Origin: an uncultured Gammaproteobacteria bacterium
GTDB taxonomy: Bacteria > Patescibacteriota > Microgenomatia > Daviesbacterales > UBA10151
Length of the DNA: 64,000 nucleotides
Direction of reading: 5' to 3'
NCBI GenBank assembly: GCA_964551605.1
Contig: CAZKCV010000001.1
Location: forward strand, 61,992-125,991
The notes beneath the pieces were generated by a model. It saw nothing but the letters and a program-made list of their open reading frames with translations. It ran no database searches and was not told the origin of the DNA. Below, one piece after another: positions 34,959 through 44,762 of this stretch (position 1 is the stretch's first letter; each line of letters starts with the position of its first letter). The translations under genes were made by a program, and so were the position numbers.

Positions 34959-36947
34959 ATGAAAACCTGCCTTAAATTTTTATCATTCATCCTTGTTTTC
35001 ATTACCCTACTGCCTTTTGGTCCTACTTTTGCACAATCTTCCCAAGCTTTACCACTCTCTTCTGAATATGTCCCCGGAGAATTAATTGTTAAGTTTAAGA
35101 CTACTACTCCGGCAGAAAATGAATTGGTCAGCAAATATCAGCTTCGTTCTGCCAGAAAAGTCTTGCGTGAGCTGGAACGGGCAGAGAAACACCAAGACAG
35201 AATCCAGGTTTTTAGGAATAAGGGGTTAGATAAGCTTTTTGTAGCTTCCACTGAACAAGAAAAGCTGCCCGAGCTTTTACAAAAGCTGAAAAACGACCCG
35301 GAAGTGGAATATGCCGAACCCAATTTTATTCTCCGTACCAGCCAGCTGCCCAATGACCCTCTTTTTGTTAATTTATGGGGACTTCATAATAGCGGACAGA
35401 CCGGTGGCACTACTGATGCGGATATTGACGCACCTGAGGCATGGGATACTCCATACGGCAGCAGTATGACAGTGGGAATAATTGATACCGGCATTGACTA
35501 TAACCACGAAGACTTAAGAGCCAATATGTGGACCAATAGCCCGGAAGCTGCCGGACAGCCGGGAGTTGATGACGACGGCAATGGTTTTATTGATGATGTT
35601 TATGGCTATGACTTTATTAATAATGATCCTGACCCGATGGATGACCACGGCCATGGTACTCATGTGGCAGGTACTATAGCTGCAGTGGGCGAAAACGGGG
35701 TAGGTGTAGCCGGTATAAATTACCACGGTAAAGTAGCGGCCCTGAAATTCCTAAGCGGCAGCGGCTCCGGCACTACTGACGGCGCTATTCGGGCAATTCA
35801 ATATGCCACCATGATGGGCTTTAAGATCACTAACAATAGTTGGGGCGGCGGAAGTTTTTCCCAATCTTTATACAATGCTATCTCTGCTGCAAATGATGCC
35901 GGGAATTTATTTGTAGCAGCAGCGGGTAATAACGGCAGAAATACGGATACTACTCCCTCCTATCCTGCCTCTTATAATCTGCCTAATATAATCTCCGTTG
36001 CCGCCACGGATAAATATGACAACCTGGCCTCTTTCTCAAACTTTGGCACCAGCTCTGTTGATTTAGGAGCACCCGGAGTCAGTATTTTCTCTACCGTACC
36101 AAAAGGCAGCTGCGGCAGCTGTGACCCCAGTGGTTACCGAGTCATGAGCGGCACTTCTATGGCCAGCCCGCATGCAGCCGGCGCGGCAGCCTACCTTTGG
36201 GGAGTGTCAAATTCCTTGTCTTACCTTCAGATCAAAGATAAACTGCTTACCTCATCCGATCCGACAGCAGCTTTATCAGGTAAAACCTTAAGTGGGAAAA
36301 GATTAAACTTAAAAAATACCATGCCAACTCCTGTCCCTACGCCAACCCCGGAACCGACGCCGGTGCCGATTCCTGAGCCTACCCCTACCCCGACTCCGAC
36401 ACCTGTCCCTGTCCCTGTCCCATCTCCTACCCCGGCCCCAACCCCGGTACCTGGTACACCTCTGACGGCTAATGCCGGAGCAGACAGGACGGAATTCTTA
36501 AATACTTCAGTTACTTTCCAGGGAATAGCCGGCGGAGGCCAAAGCCCTTACACCTATAACTGGAATTTTGGTGACGGCACCTCCGGAACCGGACAAACAA
36601 TAAATAAAACTTACAGCAAAACCGGCACTTTCACAGTCACTTTAACAGTCAAAGATGCAGGTTTAGCCAGTGTTCAGGATACAGCCGTAGTTAAGATAAT
36701 TAAAGATACTGTCAAAATCACTTCTGCCACCTACTCCACTTCCAAAAGACAACTAATAGTAAAGGCCACCAGTACCACCAACGGCAAAGCCACCTTAACT
36801 GTCAGAAATTACGGGACTATGACTTATAATTCTGGTTCTTTGTCTTATGAGCTGACTAAAGATGGGGTATTTACCAAACCAAGTTATGTAATAATTTCCT
36901 CTACTTCCGGGAGCCAAGTCCTCCGGACAGTCGCCCGTATCCCTTAA
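34959..36947 (+). CDS. secreted subtilisin-like serine protease (S8) with Pro/Thr linker and C-terminal PKD domain
   Basis: Signal peptide. Catalytic D (VGIIDTGID), H (HGTHVAGTIAA) and S (GTSMASPHAAGAAA). PTPVPTPTPEPTPVP linker. PKD-like YTYNWNFGDGTSG. Confidence 0.9.
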   Translation: MKTCLKFLSFILVFITLLPFGPTFAQSSQALPLSSEYVPGELIVKFKTTTPAENELVSKYQLRSARKVLRELERAEKHQDRIQVFRNKGLDKLFVASTEQEKLPELLQKLKNDPEVEYAEPNFILRTSQLPNDPLFVNLWGLHNSGQTGGTTDADIDAPEAWDTPYGSSMTVGIIDTGIDYNHEDLRANMWTNSPEAAGQPGVDDDGNGFIDDVYGYDFINNDPDPMDDHGHGTHVAGTIAAVGENGVGVAGINYHGKVAALKFLSGSGSGTTDGAIRAIQYATMMGFKITNNSWGGGSFSQSLYNAISAANDAGNLFVAAAGNNGRNTDTTPSYPASYNLPNIISVAATDKYDNLASFSNFGTSSVDLGAPGVSIFSTVPKGSCGSCDPSGYRVMSGTSMASPHAAGAAAYLWGVSNSLSYLQIKDKLLTSSDPTAALSGKTLSGKRLNLKNTMPTPVPTPTPEPTPVPIPEPTPTPTPTPVPVPVPSPTPAPTPVPGTPLTANAGADRTEFLNTSVTFQGIAGGGQSPYTYNWNFGDGTSGTGQTINKTYSKTGTFTVTLTVKDAGLASVQDTAVVKIIKDTVKITSATYSTSKRQLIVKATSTTNGKATLTVRNYGTMTYNSGSLSYELTKDGVFTKPSYVIISSTSGSQVLRTVARIP

Positions 36948-39550
36948 GTTAGGTGCGTTAAGAACTTTCCGGATTTTAGGCTGTAATCTTTCAAGATGTC
37001 ATAAATTAAGAGGATAAGTAACACCGGGCCCAATAATACCCCCCAGCTATAAATATCCAAAGGCGCTGTCTCAAAGATTAGTCGGGCACTGGTATAGAGA
37101 ATAATCAAGGTGGCAATTATAGAAATAAATGAGGCAAAAAATAAGTATTTATTAACAAATGGCGACCTGGATAAACTCTTTTTCCTAAAGGATCGGAAAT
37201 TAAAAGCACTGGCAATTTCCAAAAGTATTAACCCGACCAAAGCGGCTGTCCTTGAAATCTCCAAACTTTGACTTAAGATATTGAAGAAAACAAAGTAAAT
37301 AGACAAAGTAAATAAAGCCATTAAAGCTCCATTGAATAAAACGAGTAAAATCAGTTCTCTGCTTAAAATTCTGGTATCCTTCCGGGGTTTTTCCTGCATG
37401 ATATCTTTTGAAGCCGGATTAAATCCTAACGTGACAGCCGGCAGGTTATCCGTTATCAAATTCATAAATAAGATATGCAAGGCCAAAAGCAGCGGCACTG
37501 CCCAACCCAAAAGCGGTGACAGCAAAACGCCGAAAAACAGGATTGCCAGTTCTGCCAAGTTACAAGACAGTTGGTAACTGACAAATTTGCGGATATTGTT
37601 AAAAATGGTCCTGCCTTCCTTGACTGCTTCGACAATGGTAGCAAAATTGTCGTCCTTAAGCGTTAGATCAGCCACCGAGCGGGAAACATCCGTACCGCTT
37701 TTGCCCATGGCCACTCCGATATGGGCTTCCTTTAGCGCCGGGGCATCATTAACCCCGTCCCCTGTCATGGTCACTACCTCTCCCTTTTGCTTTAATAATT
37801 TAACTATCCTTAATTTGTGTTCCGGGTTAACACGCGCAAAGACAACAGTTTTATCTAAAGCTGCTGATAATTCCTGATCGCTTAGACCATTCAGCTCGGC
37901 ACCGTCCAGGACCTGTCCTTCCAGACCGATTTGGGATGCAATTGATTGAGCTGTCTGCTTGTTATCTCCTGTAATCATCACCACCTTAATATTGGCCTTT
38001 TTGCAAAGCCCGATAGCCTCCGGCACTTCCTCCCGAGGCGGATCTTCCATACCCGCTAACCCCAGGAAAATCAGATCATTTTCATCCAACTTCTCGCTGC
38101 TTACCTTCTTATAGGCAAAAGCTAAAGTACGTAAAGCTTCGGAATTCATTTGATGGTTTGTTTTCAGGATTATTTGTTTTTCTTCACCGGTCAGTTTACA
38201 TTTTTCTAAAATTACTTCCGGTGCCCCTTTGCTGAAAACGAAAAGGTCCTTGTCTTTAATCAACACAGACATCATTTTTCTTTCGGAATTAAACGGCATC
38301 TCCTCCAGTCTTTTTTCCTTTAAGTCTTCCTGAAAAAAATTTGCCTTTGCAGCCAGTATCAACAAGGCTCCCTCTGTCGGACTACCGCTGACCTTATATT
38401 CCATGTCCTCACCGGTCCGTTCAATCCTGCCGTCATTGCAGGATAATGCAGTTGTTAAAAGCAATTTTAAGTTTTCATCCAGCAAGGGGTCCACTTGTTT
38501 GCCACCCTTTAGAAAATCACCTTTTCCTTCAAACCCTGACCCGCTGACATCTAAGAAGCCTCCATTTACGAATACCCTTTTTACCGTCATTTCTCCTTTC
38601 GTTAAGGTACCTGTTTTATCGGAACAAATAATGGTAGTTTCTCCTAAAGTCTCAATAATAGACATCCGGTTTACAATCGCATTCTTTTTCGCCATATTGG
38701 CTACCCCGGCTGCCAGGGTGGCAACCAAAACTACCGGAAAGCCTTCCGGGAAAGCCGAGACGGAAAGTGCGATCACCAAGATTAGGATATTTGTAATTAC
38801 TTCAGGTGTTATAGCCTCCGCTTTGGTAAACATTAAAAACCCTGTCAGGACTGAAACAATTACGGCAATGGCGGCCATGTATTTTGAAATCTGGTTAACT
38901 TTATTTTGCAGTGGCAGTTCCTTTTCCGCAGTGGAAATCATGCCGGCAATCTGACCAAACTTCGTTCTCATTCCCGTCTGCATTATCTTTGCCACAGCCC
39001 GGCCATTAACAATAAATGTTCCCATAAAAAGCATATTCTCTTCATTTACATTTTTTTCTGATTTTGCCTCTTCCTTTTTTATTTCTTTTGACTCACCGGT
39101 TAGGACTGATTCATTTATTCTCAATTCACTTTCTTCTAAGATAAGGCAATCTGCCGGGATCTTTTCCCCATTTCCTAATATCACCACATCCCCTGGAACC
39201 AGCTCTTTTGAAAGAATTTCTTGCCTCTTTCCGTCCCGGATGACAATCGATACCGGCATGATCATCTTTTTTAAGGAACTAATAGCTTTTTCCGCCCGGT
39301 ATTCCTGAATAAAGCCAACCACGACAACCATAAAAATAACTGCGGAAATGGTATAACCGGTCACCGGTTTGCCTACAAAAAAAGAAATTAACGTTGCTAC
39401 AATCAGCAGATAGATAATAAAATTCTTCTTTACCTGCCGAAAAAGAATTGTTAAAAATGAAATACGATGAAGATCCCTAATCTCATTAGACCCATACTCT
39501 TTGAGTCTCTCGACAGCCTCCGTATCTGTAATACCGGTTAATTCAGTCAT
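36944..39550 (-). CDS. P-type cation-transporting ATPase (P2-type, Ca2+/Mg2+-like)
   Basis: DKTGTLT phosphorylation site, MITGDN, GDGVNDAPALKEAHIGVAMG. 10 TM helices. Confidence 0.9.
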   Translation of the reverse strand: MTELTGITDTEAVERLKEYGSNEIRDLHRISFLTILFRQVKKNFIIYLLIVATLISFFVGKPVTGYTISAVIFMVVVVGFIQEYRAEKAISSLKKMIMPVSIVIRDGKRQEILSKELVPGDVVILGNGEKIPADCLILEESELRINESVLTGESKEIKKEEAKSEKNVNEENMLFMGTFIVNGRAVAKIMQTGMRTKFGQIAGMISTAEKELPLQNKVNQISKYMAAIAVIVSVLTGFLMFTKAEAITPEVITNILILVIALSVSAFPEGFPVVLVATLAAGVANMAKKNAIVNRMSIIETLGETTIICSDKTGTLTKGEMTVKRVFVNGGFLDVSGSGFEGKGDFLKGGKQVDPLLDENLKLLLTTALSCNDGRIERTGEDMEYKVSGSPTEGALLILAAKANFFQEDLKEKRLEEMPFNSERKMMSVLIKDKDLFVFSKGAPEVILEKCKLTGEEKQIILKTNHQMNSEALRTLAFAYKKVSSEKLDENDLIFLGLAGMEDPPREEVPEAIGLCKKANIKVVMITGDNKQTAQSIASQIGLEGQVLDGAELNGLSDQELSAALDKTVVFARVNPEHKLRIVKLLKQKGEVVTMTGDGVNDAPALKEAHIGVAMGKSGTDVSRSVADLTLKDDNFATIVEAVKEGRTIFNNIRKFVSYQLSCNLAELAILFFGVLLSPLLGWAVPLLLALHILFMNLITDNLPAVTLGFNPASKDIMQEKPRKDTRILSRELILLVLFNGALMALFTLSIYFVFFNILSQSLEISRTAALVGLILLEIASAFNFRSFRKKSLSRSPFVNKYLFFASFISIIATLIILYTSARLIFETAPLDIYSWGVLLGPVLLILLIYDILKDYSLKSGKFLTHLT

Positions 39551-39608
39551 AATGCGGGTATTAACTTATGGTAGCATAATAGAGACAAACTATTGAGAGT
39601 ATCTTATC

Positions 39609-40520
39609 CTAAGGATACTTCATTCTAGCCTCCTCGGGGCTCAAAACTTCCCTTATAGAATGATCGTCATTAATTACTGCCACCTGCTGGGTATGGACAC
39701 TGTCATGGGCTAAATTTTTAATCTGGATGGCCGGGTGAACAGACCGCCAGAAATAATAGACAAATTCTTTAATTTGCCCTTTGCTCATCCCCTTTCCCTG
39801 TGCCCGCAAAACTTCCTCGGCCTGGTCTCTCCATTTCAAAGATATCCGGTAGTCAGGCACATATAATACATTCATAAAATCGATCATCTCCCACAGGGGT
39901 AAGTATTCATCTAATTTCCGATTAATATCCTGGGCAAACTGGATGTGTTCAGGTGTATCCAAAGCCGGCAAACCGCTTTCAAAAACAGACTCATCCTCCA
40001 CCCTTCTGGCACCCAGCATCCACCCGTCATAAAGAATAAAATCCGGTTTTTTTGAAATGGTTTTCCATCCTACCCGATCCCCATCTCCCTGCTGTGCTCC
40101 CTTATCATATATGGGAATTTTCACTTCCATGCCGTCTGTCATTGTCTGCAAATCTTCTAAGTTTTGTATAGCCAACGGGATATCGTGGGTAGCACCCCTT
40201 CGTATAAATCTGGGGTCTTTTTCCCTTAATCTATTGAGTTCCTGATGGGTAACATAGTGGTCATCAATAGACAAAGAAATTGAGGAGTAACCAAAATGCG
40301 AAAGCAGAATTTCCATAACCTCACCCTGCGTGGTTTTACCCGCCCCCTGAATGGCTGAAACCCCTACAATTAGACCATTTGAACTAACCCTTTGCCGTTT
40401 GATAGCGATTAATTTCTCAACATATGGATAGTAATATAGGTCCAAATCACGTTCTAAACCCTCCCGTGATATTTCCGGCCGTTTGGCAAAAAAAGCATCA
40501 AAATTAATACCTTCAATCAT
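39609..40520 (-). CDS. P-loop kinase of the uridine-kinase/PRK superfamily resembling D-glycerate 3-kinase (GLYK/TDA10-like)
   Basis: Walker A GVSAIQGAGKTTQ. RRGATHDIPL and IPIYDKGAQQGDGDR blocks recall the GLYK RG-PGTHD / YDKS...GDR motifs (from memory). Confidence 0.5.
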   Translation of the reverse strand: MIEGINFDAFFAKRPEISREGLERDLDLYYYPYVEKLIAIKRQRVSSNGLIVGVSAIQGAGKTTQGEVMEILLSHFGYSSISLSIDDHYVTHQELNRLREKDPRFIRRGATHDIPLAIQNLEDLQTMTDGMEVKIPIYDKGAQQGDGDRVGWKTISKKPDFILYDGWMLGARRVEDESVFESGLPALDTPEHIQFAQDINRKLDEYLPLWEMIDFMNVLYVPDYRISLKWRDQAEEVLRAQGKGMSKGQIKEFVYYFWRSVHPAIQIKNLAHDSVHTQQVAVINDDHSIREVLSPEEARMKYP

Positions 40521-41293
40521 AGTTTTTGATTAATTTGGCTGGCAACTTTTTTACTCAGCACTAATACCTTGTTTAAGGGAATATTCAATTCTGTTATAAA
40601 TTCTCCGGCCACCATTTTATTTAAAGGATAGGTTAAAACCAGTTTTATCTTTGGCAGCATTTCTTTGTGGCTACCGATAATAATAAAATGAATACCCTTC
40701 CCTTTTATAAATTCCTTTGTTTTTTCCACAATCAGCTTAAGATGACTTCGTAAATCATCTTCTATATGGCGGAAGATTTTGTCATCTCTGCCATAATCTA
40801 TTTTTTTTGCTTTTACCTTTTGGGGGACAAGACCTACAAAAATATCCTTGTGTTCTTCAATTTCCCCTAAATGAACCGTGAAAAACCTGGCTTTTGACCG
40901 GTCTGCCAAGAGTACCAGGTATTTGCGGTATGTGTTTAAGGCTTTCTCTATCGGTTGCAAATATGGTGAATGCGAAATCACAGCTTTAGGGGCAAGGAAA
41001 AATTCAAACCTTAACACTTCCCATAAATTCTTGCCTGCAGAAAAGAATGCGGTTGTCCGGATATTTGACCGGTCAAATGATTCATGTAAATACTTTTCAA
41101 TACGGGCAATATCTTTTTGCCAAAACCTTTGCTCCTCTTCTGATAAATTCTGGTGGATTAAAGAATGTAACTGGGAAAGACAAAAGGAAAGTTGCGGCGG
41201 CCTTTTTTCAGCACAACCTAAGGAAACTGTCAAAATGGGAAAGGTTGCGTTTCTATAAGCCTTAAGTCTTGCTACCACATTAACTTCTTCCAT
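40517..41293 (-). CDS. hypothetical protein, possibly eRF1/Pelota-like (baeRF-type) fold
   Basis: No GGQ motif. Weak architectural resemblance only. Start moved to the ATG at 41293, preceded by GAGGA. 4-bp overlap with the kinase gene and 1-bp gap to hpf. Confidence 0.3.
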   Translation of the reverse strand: MEEVNVVARLKAYRNATFPILTVSLGCAEKRPPQLSFCLSQLHSLIHQNLSEEEQRFWQKDIARIEKYLHESFDRSNIRTTAFFSAGKNLWEVLRFEFFLAPKAVISHSPYLQPIEKALNTYRKYLVLLADRSKARFFTVHLGEIEEHKDIFVGLVPQKVKAKKIDYGRDDKIFRHIEDDLRSHLKLIVEKTKEFIKGKGIHFIIIGSHKEMLPKIKLVLTYPLNKMVAGEFITELNIPLNKVLVLSKKVASQINQKL

Positions 41294-41294
41294 A

Positions 41295-41702
41295 TTACCA
41301 TCCTCTGACAGAACTGTGATCCGGATATTCGCTCTCATCGGGAAAATGCAAGTCTTTATATTTTTCCAGTTTCTCAAAAAGACGTTCAAAACCTAAATTA
41401 ATGCACTCATCAATGGTCATCCCTTTAAAATGTGCATAAAAACTGTTTTTATTAAGCCGGAAAGCCATTGAGCCTTCAAAAAAGGCAAGCTCGGGTTTCA
41501 GATCAGCATAACTTCTATGCGGGTGGGGGTGGACTCTCGGGGGGTGGTATTTGTCAATATTTTTTTTGATAGTTAACCTAAGTACAATCAAGTCGCTTGC
41601 TACATTAGGAAGTGCCTGCGTAATCTTTGTTAAATGCTTATTTATGTGGTTACTTAACTTATCTGAAACCCGGCAATTTTTAGCAGTCAGTTGAAAAATC
41701 AT
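41295..41702 (-). CDS. hpf: ribosome hibernation promoting factor (HPF/YfiA family) with His/Pro-rich insertion
   Basis: MIFQLTAKNCRVSDKLSNHINKHLTKI...VLRLTIKK and FEGSMAFRL...FYAHFKGMTIDECINLGFERLFEKLEKYKD match the HPF beta-alpha-beta-beta-beta-alpha fold. Insertion YHPPRVHPHPH. Confidence 0.65.
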   Translation of the reverse strand: MIFQLTAKNCRVSDKLSNHINKHLTKITQALPNVASDLIVLRLTIKKNIDKYHPPRVHPHPHRSYADLKPELAFFEGSMAFRLNKNSFYAHFKGMTIDECINLGFERLFEKLEKYKDLHFPDESEYPDHSSVRGW

Positions 41703-41807
41703 AAATTCACTAATTTCATTCTAAAATCAGACAATCATAAATCCTTGAGAAAACAGTAAGAGGATGGCAAGGTTTTTACCTAAACCTTACATTTTTCATA
41801 TTTTATT

Positions 41808-42272
41808 TTGTTTCAATTGAGGCATACTAAACTTTTAACAGGAATGATGAGAAAAATTATTGTTGGGACTAATAAATTAAAACAAGTGGTAAATATCACT
41901 CCCCAGGTGGAAAATATGCTTAAAAGATATCCGGCCAGAGACGGTATGATCCACCTTTACCTAAGGCATGCTACAGCAGCATTAACCACGGCTTTTATAG
42001 AAGAGGGTTTGGATTTAGAGATGATCGGCGCATTTGAAGTTATGCTTCCCACCTTGGCCCTCCCGAGATCCGAAAGTGCACATACCCACCATATCGGACA
42101 CTTACCTGCTCACATTGTGGCATCGCTTCTGGGACCACATTTGGCAATTCCTGTTACGAAAAACAAACTAATGCTTGGGGTATTTCAAAGCGTAGTTTTA
42201 GTTGAATTAAATGGCCCCAGGAAAAGGGAGATACTGGTTGACTACAGAGAAAAACCAAGGTGGGAAAAATGA
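41808..42272 (+). CDS. YjbQ-family protein (UPF0047, secondary thiamine-phosphate synthase-like)
   Basis: HLYLRHATAALTTAFIEEGLD...HIGHLPAHIVASLLGPHLAIPVTKNKLMLGVFQSVVLVELNGPRKREI. Confidence 0.7.
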   Translation: MFQLRHTKLLTGMMRKIIVGTNKLKQVVNITPQVENMLKRYPARDGMIHLYLRHATAALTTAFIEEGLDLEMIGAFEVMLPTLALPRSESAHTHHIGHLPAHIVASLLGPHLAIPVTKNKLMLGVFQSVVLVELNGPRKREILVDYREKPRWEK

Positions 42273-42367
42273 CGTTTAAAGATCGAGTCGATGTTGAGGT
42301 GCCTACTATTCTAGCAACCAGGGAATTTTGTCGAAGATAAAGATGTGATTACAAAGGTAAACATAAG

Positions 42368-43063
42368 ATGAAAAACTTGGACGTCCCAAAGGATAACCGG
42401 GACAAGAAATTTACTGTCACTATACCCATGAACGGCATTTCTGTTGAAGGGCTGCTCCGGGTTCCCCATACTCCCAGGGGAATTGTCCTTTTTGCCCACG
42501 GCAGCGGCAGCGGCAGATACAGTCCCAGAAATAACTTCGTGGCAGGGGTTTTAAGAAAAGCCAGGATTGCCACCTTGCTTTTTGATTCATTAACTGAAGA
42601 GGAGGATTTGGTATATGAGAATAGGTTTGACATCAAACTTTTAACAAACAGGTTGATGGCTGCCACAAATTGGGTAAAAAAACAGGATCAGCTGAAAAAT
42701 TTGAAAATCGGCTATTTTGGAGCATCTACCGGTACCGCTTCAGCCCTAAAAGCAGCGGCTAAAATAGGTTCTGATGTCAGGGCAGTTGTCTCAAGAGGAG
42801 GCAGGCCGGATCTGGCAATGGATGAAATAAAGAAAGTTAAATCACCCGTACTTTTAATAGTCGGGGGAAATGATCCGGAAGTAATTGAACTCAACCGTCT
42901 GGCGTATGCGGCTTTAAATACCACAAAAAAGCTGGAAATTGTGGAAGATGCGAGCCATTTATTTGAAGAACCGGGCACTTTGGAAAAGGCAGCCGAACTG
43001 GCCTCAGATTGGTTTAAAAAATATTTAACCCACAATTTTAAGGAGGGATTCAGACACCCATGA
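42368..43063 (+). CDS. dienelactone-hydrolase-like alpha/beta hydrolase
   Basis: VLFAHGSGSGRYSPRNNFVAGVL and catalytic-Ser region GYFGASTGTASAL. Confidence 0.7.
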   Translation: MKNLDVPKDNRDKKFTVTIPMNGISVEGLLRVPHTPRGIVLFAHGSGSGRYSPRNNFVAGVLRKARIATLLFDSLTEEEDLVYENRFDIKLLTNRLMAATNWVKKQDQLKNLKIGYFGASTGTASALKAAAKIGSDVRAVVSRGGRPDLAMDEIKKVKSPVLLIVGGNDPEVIELNRLAYAALNTTKKLEIVEDASHLFEEPGTLEKAAELASDWFKKYLTHNFKEGFRHP

Positions 43064-44031
43064 AACTTATCTTTGTGGGAGACGTCATGATAGGCAGAGG
43101 AGTCAATGCTATTTTAAGACATAACCCGCCTTCCTATCCTTGGGGTAACACCTTAAGTTTTTTCCATGATGCTGATTTAAAGGTTTGCAACCTGGAGTGT
43201 GTTATCGCGGATACCGGAAAACCATGGCCCGGCAAAACTTTTCATTTTCAGACAGATCCAAAAAATGTTGAAGTTCTAAAAATTGCCCGCTTTTCTCCCA
43301 TATCCATAGCTAATAATCATACATTGGATTTTGATGCGGAAGCCTTGGAACAGATGACAAATATCCTCAAATCAAACTCGGTAAATTTTGCCGGTGCCGG
43401 AGAGAATATTGTTGAAGCTTCGATGCCGGTCTTAGAAGATGGTGAGAGAAATTACGTCGGGATGGTTGCTTTTACTGACAACGAACCTGATTGGGAAGCA
43501 GGCAACGAAACACCGGGAATTTTTTATGTACCCATTAATTTAGAAAACAGCAGAGCCAAAATGCTTTTTAATATCATCAAAAAAACCCGTGATGATGTCA
43601 AAGTTTTAATAGTTTCCGCTCACTGGGGCCCTAACTGGGGCTATGAAGTACCAAAAGAACATATCAGTTTCGCCCATGCTCTGGTTGATGCGGGAGTTGA
43701 TATTATCTACGGTCATTCACCCCATGTCTTCAGAGGTATTGAGATTTACCGGGGAAAACCAATACTTTATTCCGCCGGGAATTTTATTGACGATTATGCT
43801 ATAGATGAAAGGGAACGAAACGACCAGTCCTTTATTTTCATTGTAGAAATCGAACCGCCCAATTTTAAAAAGCTGACGCTCTTCCCCACAATCATTAGGG
43901 ATTATCAAGCAAGACTGGCAGAAGAATCTGAAGCGGAAGAGATCGCATCTAAGATGAAAAATCTTTGTGAGTCACTTCATACAAAATCAATCTGGAATCC
44001 GGACTTAAAATGTCTCGAGATTGGAGTCTAG
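43060..44031 (+). CDS. CapA/PgsA-like metallophosphatase (poly-gamma-glutamate/capsule synthesis family)
   Basis: MKLIFVGDVMIGRGVN N-terminus, GNHTLDF, SAHWGPNWGYE. Confidence 0.7.
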   Translation: MKLIFVGDVMIGRGVNAILRHNPPSYPWGNTLSFFHDADLKVCNLECVIADTGKPWPGKTFHFQTDPKNVEVLKIARFSPISIANNHTLDFDAEALEQMTNILKSNSVNFAGAGENIVEASMPVLEDGERNYVGMVAFTDNEPDWEAGNETPGIFYVPINLENSRAKMLFNIIKKTRDDVKVLIVSAHWGPNWGYEVPKEHISFAHALVDAGVDIIYGHSPHVFRGIEIYRGKPILYSAGNFIDDYAIDERERNDQSFIFIVEIEPPNFKKLTLFPTIIRDYQARLAEESEAEEIASKMKNLCESLHTKSIWNPDLKCLEIGV

Positions 44032-44644
44032 AATGGATGTTTGGACAATTATTACTATTTTAATTTTTGCTTCTTTTACCTGGCCACTAATAAAAAATCG
44101 GTTAGACCTTTATAAAAGGCTTTCCATTATTAAGCAAATTGAGTCAGAACGCAAATCCCGGGTCATCACTATGATTCACCGCCAAGAAACCTTAAGTTTG
44201 TTAGGCATACAAGATGCAGTCTTGGGTTCGCTGGATCCGATTATCACCAGTGCCGGAGGCAGTTTTTATCCGGCCGTCTCGATTTTAAGTGCCTTATCAA
44301 TACCAAACAGAAACAGGGATGATACTACTTTGATTTTAGGAGATGTTGCTCAAAAGGCCATGAAACAAATCAAAGAAATCGTCTATTCTCTCTTATTAAG
44401 ACACCAAAGCACAAAAAGGGCTTCCCGGATGGCCAGCTTTTTGGTCAGCGGAGAGCGCACTCATGATTTTCCTCTAACCTTTGAAAATATTAAAGGCCTG
44501 GGGCTATCTGTTTCCGATTATCTACCAAAAGCCGTCAGTCAATTAATGGCTCTTTATCCTCAACCTTCTATGAAACAACAGTCTGTGGAATTTATACCTA
44601 CGCCATACTTTCCGCAGATTCCAAAGAGGGGTAAACAGATGTGA
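44021..44644 (+). CDS. hypothetical membrane-anchored protein
   Basis: N-terminal TM helix. Weak resemblance to membrane-bound ClpP-fold (SDH-type) proteins; not confident. Confidence 0.35.
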   Translation: MESRMDVWTIITILIFASFTWPLIKNRLDLYKRLSIIKQIESERKSRVITMIHRQETLSLLGIQDAVLGSLDPIITSAGGSFYPAVSILSALSIPNRNRDDTTLILGDVAQKAMKQIKEIVYSLLLRHQSTKRASRMASFLVSGERTHDFPLTFENIKGLGLSVSDYLPKAVSQLMALYPQPSMKQQSVEFIPTPYFPQIPKRGKQM

Positions 44645-44762
44645 AACAAATTATTCTTACTCAAATTGGCAAGTCCGCGCCACATCACGAGCAGTTTCAA
44701 AAAGAAGTCACCAAAATCTGTCCTAAAACTGTAGTTGCTTATGATAAACTCAAATTATCCAT

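Noticed and set aside
36300-36440. Repetitive CCNACNCC DNA as a possible repeat element
   Set aside because: It is the Pro/Thr-rich inter-domain linker of the S8 protease (codon repetition), in frame and typical of secreted multidomain proteases.
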